A stretch of DNA of 63,901 nucleotides, counting the filler, from Octopus bimaculoides (lineage: Eukaryota): assembly GCF_001194135.2 (NCBI RefSeq). It is 9 parts of 9 records of this genome, joined end to end, with 100 filler letters (N's around TTAATTAATTAA, not from the genome) between each part and the next. Parts side by side here need not be neighbours in the genome. Positions count along the whole stretch, not along the records: positions 50,226 to 59,651 come from NC_069002.1; positions 59,752 to 62,654 come from NW_026313372.1; positions 62,755 to 63,901 come from NW_026354966.1; 6 more parts are not named here. One strand, 5' to 3'. Position 1 is the stretch's first letter, and every line of letters begins with the position of its first letter. Both the position numbers and the translations under genes were made by a program. Shown here piece after piece: positions 52,553 to 63,901 of this stretch. The notes under the pieces are model-generated. The model searched no databases. It was not told the origin of the DNA and saw nothing but the letters and a program-made list of their open reading frames with translations.

Positions 52553-53624
52553 ACACACACACACACACATACATACATACATACATACTGACAAAATAAT
52601 GTTAGATCAATAGTAAAAGCAGGGAAGCAAAAGAAACTTGTCCAAGGGGTGAATGTTTGGCAGAAAGTTATAATATATATTTCTTTATTGCTCACAAGGG
52701 GGCTAAATATAGAGGGGATAAACAAGGACAGACAGAAGGATTAAGTTGACTACACTAGTCCCAGTGTGTAACTGGTACTTATTTGATCGAACTTGAAAGG
52801 ATGAAAGGCAGAATTTGAACTCAGAATGTAATGGCAGACAAAATATCACAAAGCATTTTGCCCGGCATGCTAACGACTCTGCCAGCTCACCACCCTGAAA
52901 GTTGTAATATACTTTAATAAGTATTCTTAGATTACAGCTTTGTTGTTAAAATTTGTAAAAACCAAAACGAAGAACAATATTATGGAGAAAATTGGAAAAA
53001 AAAAAAAGCTATTGTTATTTATTGAACAACAAGGAAACCAACAACAATCAATGTAATTTCCAGAGATTTGTAAAAAGAAAACTTAAAGAAACTTGTTAGT
53101 GTAAAGAATTACACTTTGTGCTGAAGTAGAAATAAAATATGNNNNNNNNNNNNNNNNNNNNNNNNNNNNNNNNNNNNNNNNNNNNNNNNNNNNNNNNNNN
53201 NNNNNNNNNNNNNNNNNNNNNNNNNNNNNNNNNNNNNNNNNNNNNNNNNNNNNNNNNNNNNNNNNNNNNNNNNNNNNNNNNNNNNNNNNNNNNNNNNNNN
53301 NNNNNNNNNNNNNNNNNNNNNNNNNNNNNNNNNNNNNNNNNNNNNNNNNNNNNNNNNNNNNNNNNNNNNNNNNNNNNNNNNNNNNNNNNNNNNNNNNNNN
53401 NNNNNNNNNNNNNNNNNNNNNNNNNNNNNNNNNNNNNNNNNNNNNNNNNNNNNNNNNNNNNNNNNNNNNNNNNNNNATATACATATATTGGAGCTTGGTG
53501 TTGCCATCCGGTTTCACCAGTCCTCAGTCAAATCGTCCAACCCATGCTAGCATGGAAAGCGGACGTTAAACGATGATGATGATGATGATGATATATATAT
53601 AGGGAGAATTCACAAAAAAAAAAC

Positions 53625-54180
53625 AGATGAAGATGGATTGCTGCATTTAATTTGTCCAGCTGGTCATTGTACACATCTGAATTGATTGTCCTGTCTGTAG
53701 GAAGAAGATTGTAAAAGACAACACCCTTCCAAATCCACCAAATCGAAAGCATAACTTTTTGGGGGTGAAGTCCTGCTTTGGAGGTTGTTTGTGGTGGTTT
53801 GCTATGTTTCTCATATGATTGTTTGCACTTCACCTTGTTGTAGACCATCCATTTCGCATTCCCTATCACTGTTCTTTTCCATAAAGGATTGTTTGCTCCA
53901 TGTTTCTGCACCAAATCATAGATAGAAATCTATTGAATGTGGCTAGCCTCATTTAGTTGACTCAAGCACTGAGCCTACTGAAGTAAACAAATTGATACAG
54001 ATGGTGTATATCTATGACCATCCTGGGAGTATAACAGGTTTTGGTGATGTCTAATACCATTTTGTCACTGTCAATCTCAACTGGCCTACTAGAGGAAGGT
54101 GTATCTTGAACCAAAACATTTCCCATTCGAAATCTTGAAAACTACTTCTGGCACACATGTTCCGTAACAGCACATGTCTT
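53625..54180 (-). mobile_element. Mariner transposase relic (Mos1/mellifera-like)
   Basis: CQK*FSRFRMG...SSRPVEID, then VIGNAKWMVY...GLHPQKVMLSIWW...INSDVYNDQLDKL. Confidence 0.85.
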
Positions 54181-54364
54181 CATCCGCAGCACATAGCTTC
54201 CTGTAGGCTCCTGCCACCTACGTATACCTGTCCAGCTCATGTTAGCCTGAAGCATTTACATTAAACGATGATGTATGCTCACATGCACATACTTCAAAAG
54301 AGAAACAAAGAAGAAAGGATGTATGTTTTATACATCAGTAAGTGTGTGAGAAAGAGAGAGAGAG

Positions 54365-54418
<54 letters not shown>

Positions 54419-55722
54419 AATATCATGCCCCTCCCTTTCGTTTATACAGTTGATTTCGATATTTATTCTCATAGAAACAATCAAACAACAAAAACACCAC
54501 CCCCTCGCCAATGGATCTAAGACAATGGCTATTTTTAGCAGCACTGCATTTCCATGTTAACGACAGTCAAAGACTTTTAGAGTCAACATCTTTCAAATTC
54601 CTCCTTATTCTGTTTGTTCTATGCACTCAGTAAATTCTTTCTTTCTTCTCCTTCTGTAGAAACGGATCAGTTCTTTATCTTCATACATATCTACCATCTT
54701 GACCTCCACTTCTGCTCTTATGCAACAGAGATTACACACATGCATACGTGCATGTGGGTGTGTGTCTGTGTGTGTATATGCACAAATGTGCAGACATACA
54801 CACATGCATACATATGTGTGTGTCTGCATCTATATATCTTTTGGGCTATTCACACCCACATGTACACTTCAATACATACATAACTATGTGAGTGCATCTG
54901 TGTGTGTGTGTAACTATATGTGTTTTTGTGTATACATACAAAGATGCATGTATATGCACACCTGCATAACTACATATAAATATATATGTGTTTATACATA
55001 TGTATGTGTCTGTATAGATATGTGTGTACATAGATCTGTATACAGCTATGCATGTGTATGTATATATATGTATGTGTCTGTGTATATATATATATATATG
55101 CATGTACATTGATGTGTATACAGGTATGCATACATGTGTGTATATAAAATTACAACACCCTGTTTAATGAAATAAATAAAAAGAGTAAATAAAAGCAAAT
55201 AAGACTTTACCCTCGATGTCTGTTTTTACATTTTGTGCAGCTAAAACAAAGAGAAAATAAACATTTTTTAAGCCAGCCCCTTTTCCCCTTATCTGTTTGT
55301 TTTTCTAGTCCCGTCCTAACATTCACAGTTTTATGAACTTCAGAATAATCTGTCTTTGCATTATAATTAGTTAATTAGTTTTGCTCTATTTACTTGTTCA
55401 CTGGAATCAATAGAAACTGTACCAATTGCAGTAGCAACTTTACTGTTAAGTCCTAGTGTCCCCTTCTCATGAAGGGAACCTGACTCTTGTTTTTTGGTAT
55501 TTAAAGGAAACAAAAATACTTTTATCTTTTGTCTTTTTCTTGTTTCAATCATTAGACTGTGGCCATGCTGGGGCATTGCCTTGAATCGACCCTACTACTT
55601 ATTTTTTTAGAGTGGTACTTATTCTGTTGGTCTCTTTTGTCAAACTGCTAAGTTACAGAGATGTAAACACAGCAACACCAGTTGTCAAGTGGTGGTGGGG
55701 GACAAACAAAGACATACACACA

Positions 55723-55985
55723 GCATGGTCAATGTCAGTGCCGCCTGACTGGCACCCGTGCCGATGGCACATAAGAAGCACCATTTGAGCATGGCCATTG
55801 CCAGTGCCACCTGACAGACACATGTGCCGGTGGCATATAAGAAGAACAATTCGAGCATGGCCAATGCCAGTGTTGCCTGACTAGCACCCGTACTGGTGGC
55901 ACATAAAAAGCACCATTCGAACATGGCCAATGTCAATGCTGCCTGGCTGGCCACCATGCTGGTGGCACATAGTTAAGCACCCACT
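55723..55985 (+). repeat. Four tandem 66-bp units inside a (GAT)n-tailed element nested in a family B SINE
   Basis: Units start at 55723, 55789, 55855 and 55921 (gcatgg.ca.tg.cagtg...ggcacataa.aagcaccatt). Confidence 0.9.
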
Positions 55986-56169
55986 ACACTCCCAGAGTGG
56001 TAGGCATTAGCTAGGGCATCCAGCTGTAGAAACCTTCCCAAATCAGATTGGAATCAGGTGCAGCCTCCCAGCTTACCAGTTTTCAGTCGAACCATCCAAC
56101 TCATGCCAGCATAGAAAGCGGATATTAAATGACGATGATGATGATGATGATAATGATGATAATGATATA

Positions 56170-56210
<41 letters not shown>

Positions 56211-57284
56211 GCAATGGACTTCTTTAAGTTTCAGTCTACCAAATCTACTGACAAGGCTTTATTTGACCCAAGGCTATAGTAGAAGACACTTGCCCAAGGT
56301 GCCAAAACAGTGGTACTGAACCTTGAACCATGCAGCTGGGGAGCAAGTTTCTTACCACACAGCCATGGCTACGTCTGTTCATATAGTTTTAATTTTTTTT
56401 CATTTATGGTTGAGTTTCCTTCACTAGATTCCTAATATTCTTCCAAACATTCAACTGTGAAGTAGGAGTGGAACAAAAGGACTTTTGTGTGTCTTTTGCT
56501 TCTAAAATCTATAGAAAATCTGTAGAAATAACCTGAATAAGTGATGTAAAGTGCACTGTTAACACAGTAGAACACAGTATTTGAGCAACAAAATATGATG
56601 TACCTATTGGTCTGAATCCATTAACACATATAAAACATCAAAGAGTATATTATTTTTTACCCTCAGAAGATATTATGCTCAGGTCATATAAATACAAATT
56701 TAATATTTACTTAATGTTTACTGACTATTAATTGAAACAGCTGTCAGTAAAGATCATTAATTTGCTGTTAATAATAAACAATTATTAACTTCCTAATCTC
56801 CATTTTCTTTTTCTTCTTTTATATGAATACAAACTATATGTTTATATATATATATATGTATATATATACCTATTATTTTAAAGAAATTAATTCCCCCAAA
56901 ATACTAGCTATCAAACCAGTATTTCCTTAGCTGAAACCATCCCTTCATGANNNNNNNNNNNNNNNNNNNNNNNNNNNNNNNNNNNNNNNNNNNNNNNNNN
57001 NNNNNNNNNNNNNNNNNNNNNNNNNNNNNNNNNNNNNNNNNNNNNNNNNNNNNNNNNNNNNNNNNNNNNNNNNNNNNNNNNNNNNNNNNNNNNNNNNNNN
57101 NNNNNNNNNNNNNNNNNNNNNNNNNNNNNNNNNNNNNNNNNNNNNNNNNNNNNNNNNNNNNNNNNNNNNNNNNNNNNNNNNNNNNNNNNNNNNNNNNNNN
57201 NNNNNNNNNNNNNNNNNNNNNNNNNNNNNNNNNNNNNNNNNNNNNNNNNNNNNNNNNNNNNNNNNNNNNNNNNNNNNNNNNNNN

Positions 57285-57332
<48 letters not shown>

Positions 57333-57738
57333 ATGCCTTTTGGATAGTGTTTCTTGAATTTCTATCTGTCAAGTCCATTCACAAGGCATTGGCTGGCCTG
57401 GAACTAGGCAAAGTAGGAGACACTTTCCCATGGCACCAAGCCCAAAACCCACATGGTTAGGGAATTAACATCTTGACCTCACAGCTCTGTCCATGCCTAC
57501 CACATCGATAAGTCACAGTTAAACAGCTTAAATCACTTCTAATGGTCAAGATATATATGTATGTGGGTATGGGTGTAGGCCTGGCTATGTGGGAAGGAGT
57601 TTGCTTCCCAACCCAATTCAATGCCACTATGTAGCACCTGGGCAGGTGTCTTGTACTATAGCCTCAGGTTGACCAAAGCATTTCGAGTCGGTTTGGTAGA
57701 TGGAAACTGAAAGAAGCCCATTGTATATATATATGTCT

Positions 57739-57791
<53 letters not shown>

Positions 57792-57792
<1 letters not shown>

Positions 57793-57867
57793 ATAACTGA
57801 TTAAGTAACCAGAAGATGGATTTGGTATTAATAGCAAATCCATCTTCTGGTTAATTAATCAGTTATC
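57792..57867. other. Near-perfect hairpin: 33-bp arms, one mismatch, 10-nt loop
   Basis: gataactgattaagtaaccagaagatggatttg / caaatccatcttctggttaattaatcagttatc. Confidence 0.9.
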
Positions 57868-58540
57868 CTTATCTCAACTAACACTGCAGAGTTCCTGAAG
57901 TAGATCCAACAGAAATATACCCTGACTGAGGATGAAACCAGGTAGCCCCANNNNNNNNNNNNNNNNNNNNNNNNNNNNNNNNNNNNNNNNNNNNNNNNNN
58001 NNNNNNNNNNNNNNNNNNNNNNNNNNNNNNNNNNNNNNNNNNNNNNNNNNNNNNNNNNNNNNNNNNNNNNNNNNNNNNNNNNNNNNNNNNNNNNNNNNNN
58101 NNNNNNNNNNNNNNNNNNNNNNNNNNNNNNNNNNNNNNNNNNNNNNNNNNNNNNNNNNNNNNNNNNNNNNNNNNNNNNNNNNNNNNNNNNNNNNNNNNNN
58201 NNNNNNNNNNNNNNNNNNNNNNNNNNNNNNNNNNNNNNNNNNNNNNNNNNNNNNNNNNNNNNNNNNNNNNNNNNNNNNNNNNNNNNNNNNNNNNNNNNNN
58301 NNNNNNNNNNNNNNNNNNNNNNNNNNNNNNNNNNNNNNNNNNNNNNNNNNNNNNNNNNNNNNNNNNNNNNNNNNNNNNNNNNNNNNNNNNNNNNNNNNNN
58401 NNNNNNNNNNNNNNNNNNNNNNNNNNNNNNNNNNNNNNNNNNNNNNNNNNNNNNNNNNNNNNNNNNNNNNNNNNNNNNNNNNNNNNNNNNNNNNNNNNNN
58501 NNNNNNNNAAAAGAAAAAATAACAACAAAACTACAAAGGA

Positions 58541-58657
58541 TTCCGCGGTACACGTGTTTCAAGCTCTACATGTGTATAATATAATATAACATAATATAAT
58601 ATAACATAATATAATATGTGTATAATCTACAATGTAAAGCTATCTTCAGCCGCAAAA
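58541..58657 (-). ncRNA. Type I hammerhead motif with a satellite-expanded stem II loop (family 5)
   Basis: UUUUGCGG CUGAAGA U AGCUUUACAU...(AUAUU)n-like loop...AUGUAGAGCU U GAAA CACGUG UA / CCGCGGAA. 8-bp stem I, 10-bp stem II, palindrome ACACGUGU, U.U at 10.1-11.1. Confidence 0.78.
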
Positions 58658-59195
58658 TTATCTCTCTCCCAGGAAATTATACCATCTCGACGTTGAAGTA
58701 GGAGGAAATGTGTGATGTAAGAGGTGAAGATCCTTTCGGTATTTTGTATAGTACTATATCTGTTATAATTCTCCACCCAGACATAATCTCTCTGGTCCTT
58801 GGAAAACCTTCCATACCTTGAGACGATTCAGTGTGTAGTGTTAAGTTGGTGGTTAGGAACAATACAATACCATAAAAAGACATACACAGATATTCATGTA
58901 AAAAAGTAAGAATAAACTTAAAATAAAAATAAAACTTGAAATAAAATAAAATAAAAAATAATAAAAAATAAATAAAATAAAAAATAAAATATAAAAAAAT
59001 ATAAAAAATAAATAAATAATAAAAAATAAAAAAATAAAAAATAAAGGGAGTCAAGTAAGCTACATGGAAGCTATTTCGATGGGTTGGTGAAGGGTGGTGA
59101 GGAACAATTTGAATGTAGAAGAAGATAAAGTGATAAATAGAATAGATACAGAGATCTTANNNNNNNNNNTTAGTTCAATATATTAAATACATATA

Positions 59196-59605
59196 GGCAC
59201 AGGAGTGGCTGTGTGGTAAGTAGTTTGCTTACCAACTACCTGGTTCCGGGTTCAGTCCCACTGTGTGGTACGTTGTGCAAGTGTCTTTTACTATAGCATC
59301 GGGCCTTTGGTAGAAGGACACTGGAAGAAGCCTGTCATATATATATATATATGTATATATATGTATGTATGTGTGTGTATATGTATGTATGTGTGTGTAT
59401 ATGTATGTGTGTCTGTGTTTGTCCCCCCAACATCGCTTGACAACCGATGCTGGTGTGTGTACGTCCCCGTAACTTAGCAGTTTGGCAAAAGTGACCGATA
59501 GAATAAGTACTAGGCTTACAAAGAATAAATTCTGGGGTCGATATGCTCGACTAAAGGTGGTGCTCCAGCATGGCCGCAGTCAAATGACTGAAACAAGTAA
59601 AAGAG
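59196..59605 (+). mobile_element. SINE family B, full copy
   Basis: Matches 44393-44790. Confidence 0.9.
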
Positions 59606-59619
59606 TATGTGTATATATG

Positions 59620-59651
<32 letters not shown>

Positions 59652-59751
59652 NNNNNNNNNNNNNNNNNNNNNNNNNNNNNNNNNNNNNNNNNNNNTTAAT
59701 TAATTAANNNNNNNNNNNNNNNNNNNNNNNNNNNNNNNNNNNNNNNNNNNN

Positions 59752-59783
<32 letters not shown>

Positions 59784-60276
59784 TACATACACACACATAC
59801 AATATGCATGTATATACATACAATATATGTATATAGTTTCAAGTGTGACTGTGTGGTAAGTAGCTTGCTATAAAACCACATCATTCCGGCTTCAGTCCCT
59901 CTATGTGGGAACGTTGGGCAAGTGTCTTGTACTAAAGTCTCAGACTGATCAAAGACTTATGAGTGGATTTGGTAGATGCAAACTGAAAAGAAGCCCATCG
60001 TATTTATGTGTGTGTCTGTATGTTTATGTATCTGTGTTTGTCCCACTCACCAACACTTGACAACCAATGGTTAGTTTACATCCCTGTAACTTGGCGGTTT
60101 GGTAAAGGCAACTGATAGAATAAGTGCTAGGCTTACAATGAATAAGTCCTGGGGTCGATATTTTTAAATTAAAGTGGTGCTCCAGCTTGGCCACATTCAA
60201 ATGACTGGAACAAGTAAAAGAATACATGCAATACATACATATATCCTCTAAACTTTCAAAACAAGAGAAAAGGAGA

Positions 60277-60785
60277 CATTGATGATCCTCTGGAGGACAT
60301 ACATACTCAGCCGCTTAGACTATTGCTCCCAACTATGGTCTCCACACAATAAAAAATCAACGGCGGAACTCGAAGCAATCCAACGAAGCTACACCAAGAA
60401 AATTGTCTCAATGCAACATGTCAGCTACTGGGAAAGACTTAAAGAATTAAAACTCTTCTCCCTGGAACGAAGGCGGGAGAGATAAGCAGTGAAACACATC
60501 TGGAAAATCCTAGAAGGCCTTGTACCAAACTTTGGCATTGGAAGTTATTCAAACTACAGAACAGGGCGCCACTACATAGTGCCAAAGATCCCAGCAGCAC
60601 CATCAAAATACAGGACCAGATACAGCAACAGCTTGGGCTTCAGGGGCCCACAGTTCTTTAATATCCTTCCAAAATGCCAGAGAGACCTGCATGGGGTGGA
60701 TGTAAGTGTCTTTAAAACAAAGCTGGATCTCTTCCTATTACGGGTTCCAGACGAGCCTACCTCACGGCAAGAAACACAGATGAGG
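60277..60785 (+). mobile_element. CR1/L2-superclade LINE ORF2 3' fragment
   Basis: LSRLDYCSQLWSPH...LEAIQRSYTKKI...SYWERLKELKLFSLERRRER*...FKTKLDLFL. Confidence 0.9.
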
Positions 60786-61058
60786 GCAGCAGCATCGAAC
60801 TCCCTCATGTGTAGTGGTTAGCGATCTATCATTTACAGATATATATACAGATATACATACATATATAGACATACATATATATACATACATACATATATAT
60901 ACATACATATACAGATAAATATATATATCCATATAAGTACATATACATATATATGTACATATACATATAAGTATAAATATATATATATATATATATACAC
61001 ATAAAAATATATATATACATATATGTATGTAAATATATATATACATATATGTATGTAA

Positions 61059-61093
<35 letters not shown>

Positions 61094-61910
61094 ATATAAA
61101 CTTTTAATACAATAAATGCAAATGTCATTGTGTCATACCTTCTCAACATTATTGTTAGACACCGTCGCCAGACACATCACACCATTTTAGAATTAGGCTG
61201 AGTCTGTGAGTAAATTAAAAATATTTCAGGCCGAATTTTATTTTAACGATAATTTTAACCAGGTGGACCAGTGATAACTTCACGGAAATCATAAAAATGT
61301 AAACACATGTAAATAGCCACTCCATTTAATTACTGTCGAATAATTATGTGCATATATCTACAGATGGATACGCCACTGACTTTGTTGCCTTATAAATTCC
61401 ATAAATAACTGCTTGGATCCTGTTGATTGAGTGTATGTTAAGATTTACTGCAAAAAATTTTTCTGAGGGGTGTGGGAGAGGAGTTTCGGAAAATTCACAT
61501 GACCTGACATTTTCCCCCTCATAGCTTTTGGGAAAATTGTTATTTTTTAATGAAATTTTATACAAATACCTCTCAAACGGCATAGAATAATTGTCACAAT
61601 GGCTTTATCGTATATTGTCCAAAACGTGAAGTTAGCCAACATTTTGTCTCTAAGAATAGCTTCATTCTCTTTATCTATCACTCTCTATCCCCTCCTTTTG
61701 TTCACTTAATCTATCTCGCTAAATTTCTTACTCCGTTTCCTCTCCCGCCTCTATTACTCCTTGCCTCTAACTTTTCTTGTGTTTAATGTAGTATATATCT
61801 CTGACCGCTCACTCCCTCTTACTCCCTATTCTTTGCCACATTGTCCCTTATTTCAACTATACTTCTGTTTAACAAGCTTAATTTCTCTCTTTTTATCTCT
61901 TCTTTTCAAG

Positions 61911-61931
61911 TATGTGCGACACACACCACAG
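61911..61931 (+). CDS. Candidate 21-nt phase 0-0 microexon (YVRHTPQ if coding); host gene unknown
   Basis: Long pyrimidine tract ending tcttttcaag, then TATGTGCGACACACACCACAG, then gtacgt. Confidence 0.4.
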
Positions 61932-62425
61932 GTACGTATGTATGTAACTATGTAGGTTCTAGCATATTAATATAACGATTTTTTTAACCAGGAAATGAAT
62001 TTGGGAATAATCAAAATAAATTGCTAAATCCAGCAAAAGTTAGCCATGAAACAGAACTAATTATTTGTATGAGAAGTGAGGACCAACATACATGAAATTG
62101 TCTTTAGATTAAGTGGCGGCAGTAGAATTATCATTCATCTTTTAAATATTAACATAATACTTAAATACAGTGATCAATTTACAGTTCTACTGTAGTTTAT
62201 TGTTGCCTATCACATACGGCAGCACTACGCCACGCAAAATTAAACCTACATCAAAAGAGGACCAGACTGCAAAGAAAACTATCATTTGCAAGATATTGTT
62301 CAATTTTAATAAAATTTAATGTGTATTCGATGAATGTAGTGTTACTGTCGGGCCAAAGGCTCAATCAAGGACACTTCTCAGGAGCTAGATCAAAAGCCAC
62401 CCTATTGGGCAGCTTTTCAGTTATT

Positions 62426-62510
<85 letters not shown>

Positions 62511-62754
62511 GATACATACATATGTATATACATATATACATACATGTGCGTACACATACATATATATATATACACACAATATATATATATATACACGCAC
62601 AAAAATATATATACATACACAAAACATATATATATACATACACAAAACATATATNNNNNNNNNNNNNNNNNNNNNNNNNNNNNNNNNNNNNNNNNNNNTT
62701 AATTAATTAANNNNNNNNNNNNNNNNNNNNNNNNNNNNNNNNNNNNNNNNNNNN

Positions 62755-63901
62755 CATGTGCTTTTGTCTTTGCAATTAATTTTCTTTTCTTTGCAGCAGC
62801 CGTTTGCGCATTTACTTCAACCTGACCAATCTGGTGGGTATCTAAGAGATCAGTAGCGAATTTTTTCTTCTCTTTCAGAATAGAGTGAAGTTTTTTCGGT
62901 CTTTCATGTTTTTCAACAAGTTTCAGCATCCAATCGTTGGTTGTTTCAAGGTATTTGGCCAGTCCGATTGTGGTGGTTTTGTACGTAAGTTCAAGCTGGA
63001 TCAAGCCTCAACCTCCCTGAACTCTGGGAAGGTAAAGACGATCCACGTCTGCCTTCGGATGGTGCATCTTATTACAAAGTAGTAGCTTGCGGATTTTTCT
63101 ATCAATTTTGATTATTTCACTGGTTTTCCAGTTGAGCACATTGAAGCTATAAAGAACAACTAGGACTGCTAAGGAATTTATGGCTAACACCTTATTATAT
63201 GCATTCAGCTCAGACTTCAGAACTGCTCGAACTCTTCTATAACATTCCTTCCTAACCTTCTCTTTCATGCTTGCGTGCTGGATACCAGAGCCTGCATTCA
63301 TTCCTAGGTATTTATAGGTTTGTTCTTGCTCAAGTTCCTTTATTACTGTTTCGACATCTAATTCTATTGAACTTAAGTGTGGCTTTGGCACTTTTCAAGG
63401 CCAAACTCCATCCCGATATCATCACTGAATCCTTTCACAGTATGTAGTAGTCCTTGAAGCTCTTCATCATCTTTGCCATACAGCTTTAAATCATCCATAT
63501 AAAATAGATGGCTTATTTTCCTGTTGTCACTTTTGTAGCCATAACCTGTTCTATTCGGTTCACTTGAGAGTGGTATTAGTGCTTAGCAGAAAATTAGTGG
63601 TGAAAGCGAGTCACCTTGGAAAATGCTACAGTTAATGCTAATATTGTTTGAGCGCAATACTCCATTAGCATGATATAATTGGAGCTTCGTGTTCCATAGA
63701 GACATATTATACTTTTAAAAATCTGAAATCACAGGAGAAATTTTGAAAATGTCCAGCGATTTCAGAATCCACGAATGTGGTATGCTGTCAAAGGCTTTTT
63801 TTATAATCAAACCATGAAGAGCTGAGATTTCTGCGCTTGTTATTCTCAAGAATCATGCGATTAATTAAGAGTTGATCTTTGCATCCGTATGAGCCTCGTC
63901 T
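62755..63901 (-). mobile_element. R4/Dong-type non-LTR reverse transcriptase, decayed, running off the window edge
   Basis: DYKKAFDSIPHSWI...IFQGDSLSPLIF...YMDDLKLY...YKYLG...MHHPKADVDRLYLPRVQGG. Confidence 0.92.

Noticed and set aside
55723-55985. CRISPR-like or 22-aa repeat protein interpretation of the 66-bp array
   Set aside because: There are no unique spacers, the context is a eukaryotic SINE nest, and the ORF is a by-product of 66 being divisible by 3.
57922-57950. CUGAGGA-U-GAAACCAGGUA as a hammerhead
   Set aside because: No stem II (1 nt) and no stem I pairing.

Overview
Repeat-dense, AT-rich animal genomic scaffold with many N-gaps. The SINE families and microsatellite load point to a cephalopod such as Octopus (inference). 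Nearly all long ORFs in the supplied track are microsatellite or gap artefacts. Real host-gene content is hidden in short exons: a 49-bp Elongin C (ELOC/TCEB1) exon on + at 10976-11024, two phase-compatible exons of an unidentified hydrophobic protein on - (19820-19965 and 18687-18807), and a 21-nt microexon candidate on + at 61911-61931. The rest is at least four SINE families, LINE relics (RTE, R4/Dong, CR1/L2, Tx1/L1), two mariner relics and simple repeats. The most striking signal is six type I hammerhead ribozyme motifs from five unrelated sequence families (7.2, 21.1, 22.9, 27.6, 40.2 and 58.6 kb). Five have a minimal (near-)palindromic stem III of the dimer-cleaving Penelope-type architecture; the sixth is a decayed copy. 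Three carry large insertions in stem II. One family sits twice directly behind the 3' end of an R4/Dong LINE via a (TAA)n tract. One has an inverted copy that starts 1 nt from the predicted cleavage site. No cleavage activity, expression or database identity could be tested here.
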